This document shows, one piece after another, positions 1 through 11,546 of a stretch of 64,000 bases of DNA. Every line of letters begins with the position of its first letter. Positions within the stretch are counted from its first letter, which is position 1. The notes below the pieces were generated by a model. That model did no database searches, was not told the DNA's origin, and saw only the letters and a program-made list of their open reading frames with translations. Origin of the DNA: Marsupella aquatica (lineage: Eukaryota; Plantae; Marchantiophyta). A program made the translations under genes and the position numbers. Location of the stretch: NCBI GenBank assembly GCA_973895155.1, contig OZ316892.1, positions 28,420,307 through 28,484,306 of the forward strand, in the 5' to 3' direction.

Positions 1-1
1 G

Positions 2-271
2 CTGTTAGGTTTATTGCAGGAGAGCGCTAGTGAAGGTCTGATAACAACGAGCCAGATGGTGAAAGGATTTAGCAGGGTTGTTGATGCTCTGGACGACCTA
101 TCATTGGATATCCCTGATGCGGAGGACAAGTTCAAATTGTACGTCAAAGAGGCGAAGGCCAACGGTTGGCTTAAGTCGTCTTTCTCTGAAGATAAAATCG
201 AGGCTCCCTTGACAAACGGTGGGGATGCAGCATCAGCGGTAGTGTCGTCGATACAATTGGAAGACAAGTGA
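2..271 (+). CDS. 3' end of MA3-domain translation regulator (PDCD4/MRF-like), partial
   Basis: Frame open from position 2: LLGLLQESASEGLITTSQMVKGFSRVVDALDDLSLDIPDAEDKF...NGWL matches the C-terminal MA3 repeat of plant MRF/ECIP1 proteins; TGA at 269-271. Confidence 0.9.
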   Translation: MLGLLQESASEGLITTSQMVKGFSRVVDALDDLSLDIPDAEDKFKLYVKEAKANGWLKSSFSEDKIEAPLTNGGDAASAVVSSIQLEDK

Positions 272-2857
272 GCAGATATGCAGGCCCATCTTGGGTGAGG
301 ATATTGCAAAGGGCCCTCTGTAAATTGCAGGCCATTGGGCTTGTACCTGCACAACGCTGCCTGCACTGCCCCTACGTAGCTCCTAGTGTTCGCACCTAGA
401 AGAAGACATGTAACGCGATTTTTTCAACTCCACAGCAAAGAGAACAACTGAAGAGGATCTTTTGCACAGCAAGCTTCTGAACTAAACCCTTCATAACGTG
501 CCAGAGCGGATGTCTTAAGTCAGGTATTTAGTATAGTGTGCTTGGACTAAAGCAGCTCCATGAAGGCTGTGTTTGACGGGCCATTTTGAGCATTTTATTC
601 CACTGCGAAAGATGTCAATGGGATCCTGTATTCATGTCAATTAGTGTAACGCTTGTCTGGAGCAGCAATTCTTTCCACTGGTCTCTTCTGTGTGGGTTGA
701 GTGGCTATGTCGTCGACACAAGGTCATTATTACCCTTAAAACAGTTAGTTGGCAAGTCATTTTCTGAATGCACTTGTCCACGTTATATCCTGATTAGGTC
801 TGGTCGTTCCCCGTTTTGAACAGAACTTGTGCGCTTGGACACTGGTACTTTCAATCATGGACCAGAGAGAAATATGCAGCGCGCTATGGTCTTTTGAAGT
901 ACACGGGTGACGGAAGTTTGTTGGAATCTGGAAGGTTGCTATCTCTGTTTCTGTGAGCCCTTTACTCTCAAGATAGATTACAGAAACGGTAATATGACAT
1001 GATCGGAAGTGAACTGGCTTGGGAGGTGTTGGGTGATTGCTGCTGTAAGTAAGGAATTTTTGGTACTCTACGCTTTGAGGATAGGCTTGGTCATTGAATT
1101 CACTCAAAAGATAGTCCGCAATTGCTGTATGTAGCTTTAAACAGTAATGTGCTTAAAATTATGCGCAGATGTAAATTTATCGTATGCCTTGGTGTCAGTT
1201 TGCATGATATCTTGGAAGTTCCCCTGGGTGCCGTTTCGCTTGGCAGTCATAAATTTGCATGTATCCAAATTCGCCAAACAATGCACCATGTTTTGATGCA
1301 TGAACGGAGAACTGAACCATGAAAAAGTGGGATGTGTGGGCCTCGTGTGCGAAATGGACCTGTTCTAGGCCAGATAAATTGTACGAGCTCGTATTCGAAT
1401 GTGAAATTTCGGTTGTTTGAGAAATGGAACATAATGTGACATTTGTAAAGCTTGATTGCAATCAGGATTTTATGCATGGAGCACACCTAAGCTAGGAGTG
1501 GAACGTTGATTTAAGCTTGGACGTCCACTACGGGTACTCGTGTGAAAAATTGTAAAGGAATTTTTTAATGACATTTCGTATTAGCGTAGTAATCAACAGC
1601 CCCCTGCAAACCAATCGCTCTATATCAGGTGTTAGTACTTTCCAATTGCGGAAGCCAATTCAACGCTTGCTATTGACACCGTCTCATCACTGAAAGTATC
1701 TTCACGTCAGTGCTGTACTCTGTGTTTCGTGCTCGACATCACACCCACGAATTCATTAATAGCTGTGAGTAATCTAGTCAACGCGTGTCAATAGTTTGGC
1801 GTGTTTCCCAGCCTACTGCCCCATGTCATGTAATTTTACTTTAATTAAGACGCACCTACCTCATATCTGGAGAAACTCATCGGGAGGCTCACGAACTATG
1901 GAGATCGTGCAACGTGCAAGAAGTGAAACAACACAAATGGAAAGTACCACTGAAGTGCAGGAAACAACTGGACCACTAGAAAAACGGCAACGATTAAGTC
2001 CATATTGTAATCTCGGCGGTAGTCCCAAAGACGGATCGCATTTCTTCACATCTACAATCATCTCTGTAGAGATGAACACCCAAATATGCTGAAAATCACT
2101 TGCTACCTCTGAGATGTACCTCTGGAAAAACCTGTATTCCTTTCAATACGCATGAAAACTTTGGAGTTGAAGGAGTCAAATGATCTCCTATCAGACATAT
2201 ATTGTGCGCCCTTATCCCCTTTGAGTGGAGATCAGCAAATTAAAAATTATAATGAAAAGAAATCCGAGAACGGATCAAAACGTAGGCTACTTCATTCAAC
2301 TTTGTTGTTTGACTTTACACAACCTTAAAAAATTTAGTCTTCCGACAAGCAAGGCCGACCGTAAGTCCTGCCGGCCATGGAACTACCCTCCTCTCTCTAC
2401 GGTGCAGAATAAAGCGCATACGGAGAAAGCACCAAACCAAAAGCATGCCGTAGTACAGGGTTTAGACCATCTTGAGACCATGTGGCTACAATGGTGGTCC
2501 ATAATCTGGACTTTCGCCATTGCTTCACACACCTAGTTCCCACTGCCCTTGGACCCTTACCTACATCCTCCTGCCTCGATCTTCCCCATTGGTCATATTC
2601 ATGTATCGAGAGAGACGGCAGCATGATTGTCAATTAAGCATCCCGTGCCTCATGTAGAACTAAGGCTTACTATGACATGTTTTAAACCAAGGCTTCCAAT
2701 ATTTAGGTCATTCAAATCGTTGGAAGATGATGCCGGTCATCTGTATTCAGCTGTCAGATTGGAATACATCATCAATTCAATCCGGTATAAAGGACCCGGC
2801 CATAAACAAAATCTTGGCTTGGATGTCCATGACACCCACTAGTAAAAGCATATATCA

Positions 2858-2968
2858 TTATGGGTCAAATTTGGGGTCCGCTACCACGTAGTGATAGGCC
2901 ACCACCAGCACAAATATGGAGATCCCCAAAAGGTTGGCAAAGAAGCCCAAGTCCTGATCGTCGATCAT
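2858..2968 (-). CDS. OST4: Oligosaccharyltransferase subunit 4 (36 aa), absent from ORF track
   Basis: Minus strand reads [36 protein letters not shown], closely resembling plant OST4A/B; the ATG directly follows a CAG splice acceptor. Confidence 0.95.
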   Translation of the reverse strand: MIDDQDLGFFANLLGISIFVLVVAYHYVVADPKFDP

Positions 2969-3591
2969 CTGCGAAAAATATAAAAAACATCAGACTACAC
3001 TTGTGAGAAACAGCACACAGTACGACCAATGGAACATAGAATACAGCTGAGGAAATAATAATCAGTAAGAGGAAAACATATCGGAACAGGGAAACAGCGT
3101 CAAAAACTGTCCGGCTCCAGAAACCTTCTCCTACTAGTTCGCGAATGCTCTAAACCCTACTGGACCTGTTACAGGTAGAGCCCAAACCGGGAAATGGCAC
3201 CAGAACAGCAAGACGTAGCGAACAGAAGAAGCAAACCCAGGACAGGGGCCAAACTGACAAACACACCACAAATCAGCACTTGGCCAATGCTAGGGAGGAA
3301 CCAAACTAGACCAATCCCTAATTCACAAGCACTGAACCCGGAATTCATTCCGAGTTTCTCATTCAGAACAGCCGACATGAGTTCCACTAGAAAGCATTCC
3401 CGATCAGGGAGAATTGACAGACGACACGGACGCGCGCGTAAATGACACAGAAAGAGATATTTTATCTGGACACCAATTAACAGAAAAAGATGAGCACGAA
3501 GAACAAGAAGAACGAGAACACTGAAGAAGAGATGCAACAACTCTAACGGGGAAGAATGAAAACGGGAACGCGTCCGAGTCAGGAGACTTAC
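2969..3591 (-). other. 5'-UTR intron of OST4
   Basis: GTAAGT donor at 3591 and pyrimidine tract plus CAG ending at 2969 on the minus strand; CT-rich leader upstream (~3592-3790). Confidence 0.7.
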
Positions 3592-5732
3592 ATTGCTAGG
3601 CGGTGGACGGCAGACCCACCTTCGGAGTTTCGTTCCTTTCCTTCTTCGCGCCCCTCGCGTTGCCGATCCTCCTCTCTTCGCTGTGCTCGCGCTGGAGAAC
3701 GTTTGTGCGTTTGTTCTTCTTTGGAGCTGCAGAGGACTGAAGAGACTCTGCGAAAGAGGGAAAGAGGAAAGAGGAAGAGGCCGGCTGCCAAAGAGAGCAG
3801 TGACAGGGTTCCATGACTGGGCCCGGAGTGAGGGCATCAGGGGCACACTCCCATCAGCCCTCAAAAAAGGGCTTCTAAATAATAAAGGTGGCTTTCATGT
3901 AGACTGCTTTCAATTTAGGACCCTAAATCGAAGGTTTGGAAGTGTATTAGTGCATGGGAAGTTCATGCCTGAACCGCGCTATTAGCCAGGCTGAATGGGG
4001 TTGACCCGCATTATTAGCCAGGCTCAACAGGTTGTTTAAAGCGCCACTGTCCCCAAAGCAAAACCTGCTGGATCCAGGTTACTTAAATAAAACAAAAATG
4101 GACTCCAAATAGTAAAAAGTGCTCTATTTCGTACTCCCCTAACCTGGTGGACAGTGGTGGTTTAAAGATGTCAAAACCTGGATCAACTGGGTTTCACCAT
4201 TTTTAGTACCCTTTTCCTGAACTTGTGAAGCAAAGTTTCATGGTTAGAGTAGAGGAATGTGAAAAAGAAAGAAGTCTTGGACTTTTCTCCTTTTCCATGG
4301 CCAGTGGTGATTCTGCCCTCAAAGTTCTGACCTTTAGAACTCAAATAAAACACATACAGAGCAGCCGTAGCAGCATAGCTTTTTCCAGACACTTTAGGGA
4401 GATTCAAGGGGCTGCAACTATATGGCATTCTACATGCAAGATAGCTCTTAGAAGTGTCTTGATATAGCAGGCCTTTAAATTTGCAGTCCTATGTCCGGGA
4501 GCATATTTTTAAGGAGAAGAAGTGCATCATTCGCCTAGCTTCATGTATTGGATAACCAAGGTTTGAGTGGGGGGTTCTTAGACTACAACCCTGAATCTGA
4601 AATGTGAGACCAAGGTGGACGCCCAGTGAACGGCGGCAGCCAGGAAGCTTGTTTGAACATTCCAGACACATCATTAATAGAGTAGGGCCCCTACCCAGCC
4701 ATTGGTGGTAGTACACAATTTTGGCCTGGGAAAACAAATGCCAGCTATGATCTTCTGGGCGCAAGATTATGTTTAGAGGGCATTATGGGAGATGATGCCC
4801 CAAAAAGATGAGAGCTTCAACTGGCTATTATTGCCTATAATGCTCCATTAAACAGGACCTTAATACTACACTAAAGGCCAGAAATAATTGTTTTCAAACT
4901 CTAGCAAAATTAGAAAGAATCTTCCTAAAGAGGTGATCCAGATCTTGACGGGGCATTGGGTTCCCAGAAGGCCTTGAAAAATACAAGGGAAAATCATGAA
5001 GGCCATTAAATATAATGTCAAAGACCTGTTTAGAGGGCATTATTGGAATATAATGCCTTGAAAAGGAGTTCTTAGCTCGAGTTTTGAGGGGCTTATTATT
5101 ACCCATAATGCTCCAAAAACAAGACCTTAGCACACTTAGAGGCTGGCCTGAGAGTATTTTTATTTTCTCTAGCTTTAGTAAATGTGAACTGAATCTTCTT
5201 AAAGAGACAATCCAGATCTTGAGGTGGGGCATTATGCTCCAGAATGCCTTGGAAAATACAAACTGAAAAAATGCAAAGGGCATTAAGAGAATAGTAACAG
5301 AAAGTAGAAGTTGTCACCAAGATTATGAGCATAGGATGACAAAACAGGGGACAAAAATGTGTTTGTGAACGCGCCCTGAAAATGTAAACACGAAAAAAAA
5401 CCCCAAGCTGAGCTACTAAGCCTTGCCCAGCATTTCGGTTCTTCAATAGGGCATCTGAAAGCTTCAAAATTATGGATGATGGCATTATGCCATAAAGAAT
5501 TTGTCATAACTTTTTCACAAGTTTATATAGAAAGTTTTTACTTTTTTTTTCTTTCACTAGCCTCTAGAGTGACTAATGGTAATGGCATAAGACCAATCCC
5601 TAATTTTTGTGTCCATAATTGATAACTAGGGAATTAAGGTCCATCAAATTGTCAACTTGTAACTAGTGACTTAAGGTAATCAAATTGTCAAGTTAAGGTC
5701 ATCAAATTGTTAGATTTGAGAAGCCTTGCTTG

Positions 5733-6076
5733 TGTTGAGTATAGACGACATTCGCAACTGCAAGCCCATGAACCATCCAACGAACAAGAGTTGACACAGA
5801 GAGATACGTGGTTCACCTCCACATGAGGCTACGTCCACGGGAACACACAATAGTTTTATTGCACTCTAGGCCGACCGGCCATACCAAACATCCACAGCGC
5901 AAGCTCTCACTATCTCTCAACTAGCTCCGTAACAATGAGCCTAAGTTTCACCAGGGTCTGGCATCAGCCCTAGCTTAATACACAACAGCACTACCGCTAA
6001 CATTAGCTAAGTCCTAACCTGAGTTAGCCTAACTGTGGTTAGCTCATGAGTCACAAGACTAGAGCAATATCTAACA
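5733..6076 (-). mobile_element. Solo LTR of a Ty1/Copia family
   Basis: TGTTGAG...CTAACA termini; flanks GCTTG/ACTTG (4/5 TSD); homologous along its length to the Copia LTR at 42285-42627. Confidence 0.85.
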
Positions 6077-7853
6077 ACTTGTAGAGACAAGTTAATGGTT
6101 ATAAGATTTCCATATCTGTGTATTCTTGGCTAGCAAGTGCTTTAGAGTTCAACTATTGGACTATTGTTTGGTTAGTGATAGAAGCTCAATACACACAAAG
6201 CAGCTGAACTTGTCAATCGGTCAAATGACATATCGCTCATGATCATACAAGTTGTTGTAGCGTAGCCGTGCATCGTGAGCTCTTCTCATATTTATTGCTG
6301 CACCGTTGAGCTGTGAGTTACGTTCTACATATAGGGTAATGACAGATTGGTCTGGGGTTACTAGTCTGTAACCTTATGACCAGAAAGTGAGGAAATGCCT
6401 ACTAGCAGCCCCGGGGTCCTCACTTCTTTTCTTCCAACCCATCACGCACAAATAAGTATAGGGTTTTTTTATTGGGTTTAGTGTCACCTGCTTATCAAAC
6501 GATTTACACGACAAATACGTATTTCCTCCTACTAAAATTGTTTGTTATCTTATGACGGGAACATGGAGGGACGTTATTTGGATTCTATTGCATGTAGGAT
6601 GAGTATATTTGATTCCGCTCCCGTAAGTGTAATTTTTGATCAAGTCTACAGACTAGCCTCTCTGCTTTTGATCAAGTCCCATGGACTACACCACACACAC
6701 TCCTACTGATCGTTGGTGGAGTGCTGTCACCACCCCTCCTTCTCACAGGGTTGACCAAACCGTGCAAGGATTCCTTAGACACTTCTTGGGGAAAGAACAC
6801 AATCGTGAACCAGAAAAGATAACGCCACACCAAAACTTGAGGAATCAAACCAAATCCACATCTTTTGGCAAAATGTCATAACACATTGCAAGGACAACCC
6901 GGCCTCCTACCGTCTACCCAACTCCTGCCTCACGGGGCAAGTGCTACACCTCTACCTCACTACTCTGGCTTGATTCCCGCTTCTGGCTATGATCTAACTT
7001 CCCTAAAACCAACACTAGATTGAGTTCCCCCCCTTGCTCCTGCCGGGGGCTGCTGGTTAAATACTGAAAACAACAATGTGTGAACACACAAGCCCTAGGG
7101 TGTGGCGGCGGCCACTGCCCTGGCTGGCCGCCATCCACTGGCGGTGACGCTAACCTAAAAGTTTTCTACACATGCGGCACATACATGCACCCCTAATCCT
7201 ATTGCTACCTAAGTGAGGCCAACGGTGCCTTCGTCGGCCATCACACCAACTAAACAAAACTAGACTAATGTCCTATGTAGGCCATGGCCTACCTTCCTTC
7301 TACGGGGCGGCCAACGCCTCCCACTACTCTGGCCATGGAAATAGCCGAAAGTAGAAGTTGATTGAACTCTGGTCCTGAGAAATTTTATGAGTAGCCACGG
7401 CCATCCTGATCGTAACCCTGAGAACGGCTCCCAAACGGACATCAGACGCCCGAGATATGGCCTACCGAGTCCCAAAATCTACCCTAGCCACTACCGCGTC
7501 CAAATAGTCCGTATGGTCCCGGCCCCCCATCACGACATCAAATTGAGGTACCCTGGCCATGGCCACATGCCTTGACTTGGCCGGGTCACTCTCTTGAAGG
7601 TTGTACGGACGTCCATACGGCGTCGGACCCTAATTCTTCACCAAAATGAGCCGATCCGTATCTCTCTCATTTTAACTCCGTTTGAGGCATGTCTTACATC
7701 ATTAGATTCAGCTCGACGAGCTCCTTCCAATAAGCCCATGAGTTGGCCAGTTGGACATGTGCCCAAAACCAACCTCCGTACGGTCAACATCCGTACCACT
7801 ACTAATCCTCCTCGGACTCACTTACGGTGTCGGGGCTCCATCCCCGAGAGTCA

Positions 7854-9715
7854 TCACTGGCCCTCATTGCCCCCCTGGGTAGATGCAACACCTCCTCCCC
7901 TACTCTTCCCCGGGGTGGCCCTTCCCGACGTTTGGCCCGAGGTTCCTTGCTTCCGTAATGTTGCCAAAGCCTGCCAAGCCCTGATGTACCCGTGACCGAT
8001 GGTGTCCTTCCACAATGTTGTCTCCTCATCACCCCGCAATTCGAGTGGCAAGACCTGGCCCATGGCCATGGGAGTTCCCGGGGTCACCGACCTAGGTGGC
8101 ATACCAGCGGTTCCCTGGCCAGACGTTGTGTTCCTTAGTGCTTTGCGGGTTGACTTCAACTTACTCTCCAGGCTCTTGCACTTCTCCTTGTCCTTCTTGG
8201 CCGCTTCCAACATTGGCCCGTAAGTCTTGGTTACTTCGATGACCACTGCATCAATGGCCTTGGCCAACATATCTGGCAAAGCAACGGGAGTAACACCGGG
8301 TGGACATGGCTTCTTCCTCTTCCCTAGACTCAGGGCGTCGGCTCTCTTGGCCCTTGTCTCATAAGCACTCACCTGGCCACGCAACTCTGAAATCTGCTTT
8401 TTGAGGGTATCCACACCCTTTTCGGCTTGCTTCATCGTTACCAGCTCCTTCCTCAAAGCCACTACTTCCTCGGCCTCCTTGGCCGTGGTGGATAGAGCTC
8501 CTTGCAAGTGGCCAACTTGGTCATAGGCTTGCTTCAGCAACCTACTCCTCTCTTGAATAGTCTCCTCCTTGGACAATATGACCTCCTTTAGTGCCTTGTG
8601 CCCGACTTGCAAGGTGGCCACCTTAGCATTGGCCCTACTCAGAGCCCACTTCATGGCTTTGCACAATTGCCAGCCCTCGTTAATAGCATCACGGTACTCT
8701 TGCAATTCCGCCAAGTATACCTTTGGAATGTCATACACAATGGGCTCCTCGGGATTACCAATCAAGGACTCCAACCACTGCATGGTAAACTCTTCATCCA
8801 TATCCTCCTCTTTGTCTGGTGCCCCCTCCATCACGGGCTCAGTGGCCAGCTCCTTGGTGGAATCCGTGGTCAAATTCTGCACGACGATGGTGGCAATCTT
8901 TCGTAAGACGGTGGGGAAGGAGGGCAATACTCCTTCCTCTGGTTCGGGAACTGAGATGAGCCCCTCCATCTTGTTCAAGAGAAATGACCCAAGAAAATGG
9001 ATGATTCCTCCAGGCTTGTGGCCTTTGGGATCTGCGGTCAGCATTTTCCTCAAACCAAACACCCACCATCCGTATGTGTGCTCCGGGTGCTGCTTGATGT
9101 CCAATGCAATGGCCAAGTGTTCCCCTGTAATTATACTTGATTGCACCCGGCTAAGTATCCGTTGATGGACCTTTCCAACAAAACCCCTGAGTGCTGGGTC
9201 CTTGAAGGATGCAAGAGAAATGTGTACCACAGAGGTAGTCTCCTTCACGTACATGGCCAGCTCTTCCAATGTGAGTGTCCCTGGTGGCTCCATGGGGTAG
9301 ATGTCAGGTCCTGGTTGTGCAACATCAGCAACCGAGTCAATTCGTCATGAGGGAGGGTGCGCTTGATGCATGCAAAGTACAATCCATCATCCCGTAAGTC
9401 CATCCCATCCTCAATCTTCCAATGCCTATCCACTGGAGCACGCATGTCCACTCGCATTAGATTGATAATCCCGGTGGATTCAAACAATTCACGGCTATCG
9501 TCCAGAAGCTTGGCCAATGTCTTGGGGTATGAACGTCGTTGAGTCCTTCGTGACATGGGTGCTTCACTGGTCCCTGACATTGTGGCCCTGGTTGCCAATT
9601 TCTCTTCTTCTTCTCTGGCTAGCTGCAAAGCGATGTACTCCCGGTAGGCTGCCTTGTACCTCCTAATGCGAGCGTTGGTGAACTCAGGTCTGTCTTGGGA
9701 TCTCATCCACTCCAC
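7854..9715 (-). CDS. Coiled-coil protein of unknown function inside the LTR-type segment (two overlapping ORFs, probably one frameshifted gene)
   Basis: ORFs 9245-9715 and 7854-9293 overlap; heptad-rich stretch (ALSRANAKVATLQ...LKKQISELRGQVSAYE) resembles accessory ORFs of large plant Gypsy elements. Confidence 0.5.
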
Positions 9716-10019
9716 TCCCCCTCAAGAGCACAACCGGTGACCGATTCTCGTTCCTCAATTCCCAGAGCTTGGCCTCGTGCGGCCCCCGTACCCAACCACG
9801 ATAAAATAAATCAGGTTCCCTCTCCAAGCCCTTGTCAATCCCCACTCCAGCTCACTCCACGGCCGCGCTCAGAATCACTCAAGGAAAATAGAGGTAGAAC
9901 ATGGCACAAAGAGGACGGTTGATGAGGAGAGAAAATGAGTTTCGGCAATGAGTGAGGAGCACAAAAAAAACTGAGAAAAAAAAGTTGGAAATGAGCACTT
10001 ATGTAGGCCGCTCCTCCCC

Positions 10020-10860
10020 CAAGTTTCGCTCCTAATGGCCGAGGCCTCCCTTCCTGCCCTGCGTACCTGCTCAGCCCCAAATTTGGGGGATCCCCTAGGA
10101 TCCAGGGACCTTAACTGCCCCCCTCCCCCATGGACCTTCTCCTCCAGGTTTGGGAGGATTTTAATCCCCCTTCCTCCTTATGCACCTGCTCCCCCAGGGT
10201 TGGGGCATTTATTATCCCCCTCCCCCTCATCTTCGCCCTCTCTCGCTCCCTTTGGCGCACATCCCTATGGGCGCCTTAATGGCCAACCCCCTCCACCACC
10301 TTGGGGCCCGGTGCCCTATGCTCCCGAGTTTGGGGATCCCCCTGGGATCCAAGGGCCCTTAACTGCCCCCCCTACGTACCTTCTCCTCCAGGTGTGGGGG
10401 ATTTATTACTCCCCTCCCCCTTATGCGCCACCTGCCCTGGTTCGCAAAGCCTCCTGGCCGGCTCCATCTGGCTCGCGCCCCTATGGCCGCGGCCTCCCCT
10501 TGGAAGGGGGATTTAATCCCCATCGTGCCCCCTCCTAAGTCCGGGCCTCCCCTTGGCCGGCTCCTCCTTGCGCCCTCTTGCTTGGGCCTTCCCGGGCCGG
10601 CTCCACTTATGCTCTTCCTGGCCGGCTCCCTCTCCCGGGCCTCCTGCCCTTGGCCGACTCCTTTTGAAAGGGGAATTTAATCCCCCCTTTGTGCCCCTAC
10701 AAGCTAAGGCCGGGCCTTCTCTTGGCCGGCTCCCTTCTGCTCTTCCTGGCCGGCTCCCTCTCCCGGGCCTCTTGCTTGCTATGGCCAGCTTCTTTTGGCC
10801 GGGGCTAATTTGTGCTGGGGGTCGTGTTGCTGGCCAGGGCACCTCATTGCGGCGCTTGGC
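10020..10860. repeat. GC-rich degenerate short repeats (TTGGCCGGCTCC; GGGGATTTAATCCCC-like dyads)
   Basis: Motifs recur many times and generate spurious Pro/Gly-rich ORFs. Confidence 0.7.
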
Positions 10861-11017
10861 CACTAACGCCCTTTGACCCGGCCCCCATACGCTAATACTA
10901 GGGCTGGTGATAAAAATGTAAAGCTAGATAATCCCCTGGCTCCTGCATGGAATGGCAATATCAGCCTATTCATTAAAAGTGTATTATTATTTGATTTATG
11001 CATGTACATTTGGGCAA

Positions 11018-11326
11018 TGAAAAGTGTACTTTTGGGCTTGGAAAAGTGTACATTTGGCCAATGAAAAGTGTACATTTGGGGATAAAAAAGTGTACAATTG
11101 GTCTAAAGAGTGTATATTTGGGCAATGAAAAGTGTACATTTGAGCATCAAAATATGTACATTTGGCTTAAAAAGTGTACATTTTAGACATTTGGTCTAGA
11201 AAGTGTACATTTGAGTGAAAAATGGATACATTTGGCTTAAAAAGTGTACATTTCAGTGCATTTAGTCTAGAAAGTGTAGCTTTGAGTGCAACAAAGAGTA
11301 CCTTTGGCCTAAAAAGTGTACATTTT
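11018..11326. repeat. Left subterminal array of ~21-22-bp units (AAAAGTGTACATTTGG)
   Basis: More than a dozen copies; same motif at 23842-23922 near the right TIR; near-palindromic core. Confidence 0.9.
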
Positions 11327-11546
11327 CCTGAAAACTTTTATTGTAATCATTTAAAATAAAGAAATTAATAAAAAATATTTTTAATTATGCAGAAAAAATA
11401 AACATTCATATTCATAATAATCAAAAGTTTAGAAAATGAGTAGATAGTCTACTAAGTAACTAAACACTCAATGGCATGGTCTCACAATATATATAATTCT
11501 TACATAAAAACTAATAACTATCTAATTATACCTTAGCTAGTGATAA

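Noticed and set aside
3169-3985. ORFs of 67-231 aa
   Set aside because: They overlap the OST4 leader, intron and promoter and show no protein motifs.
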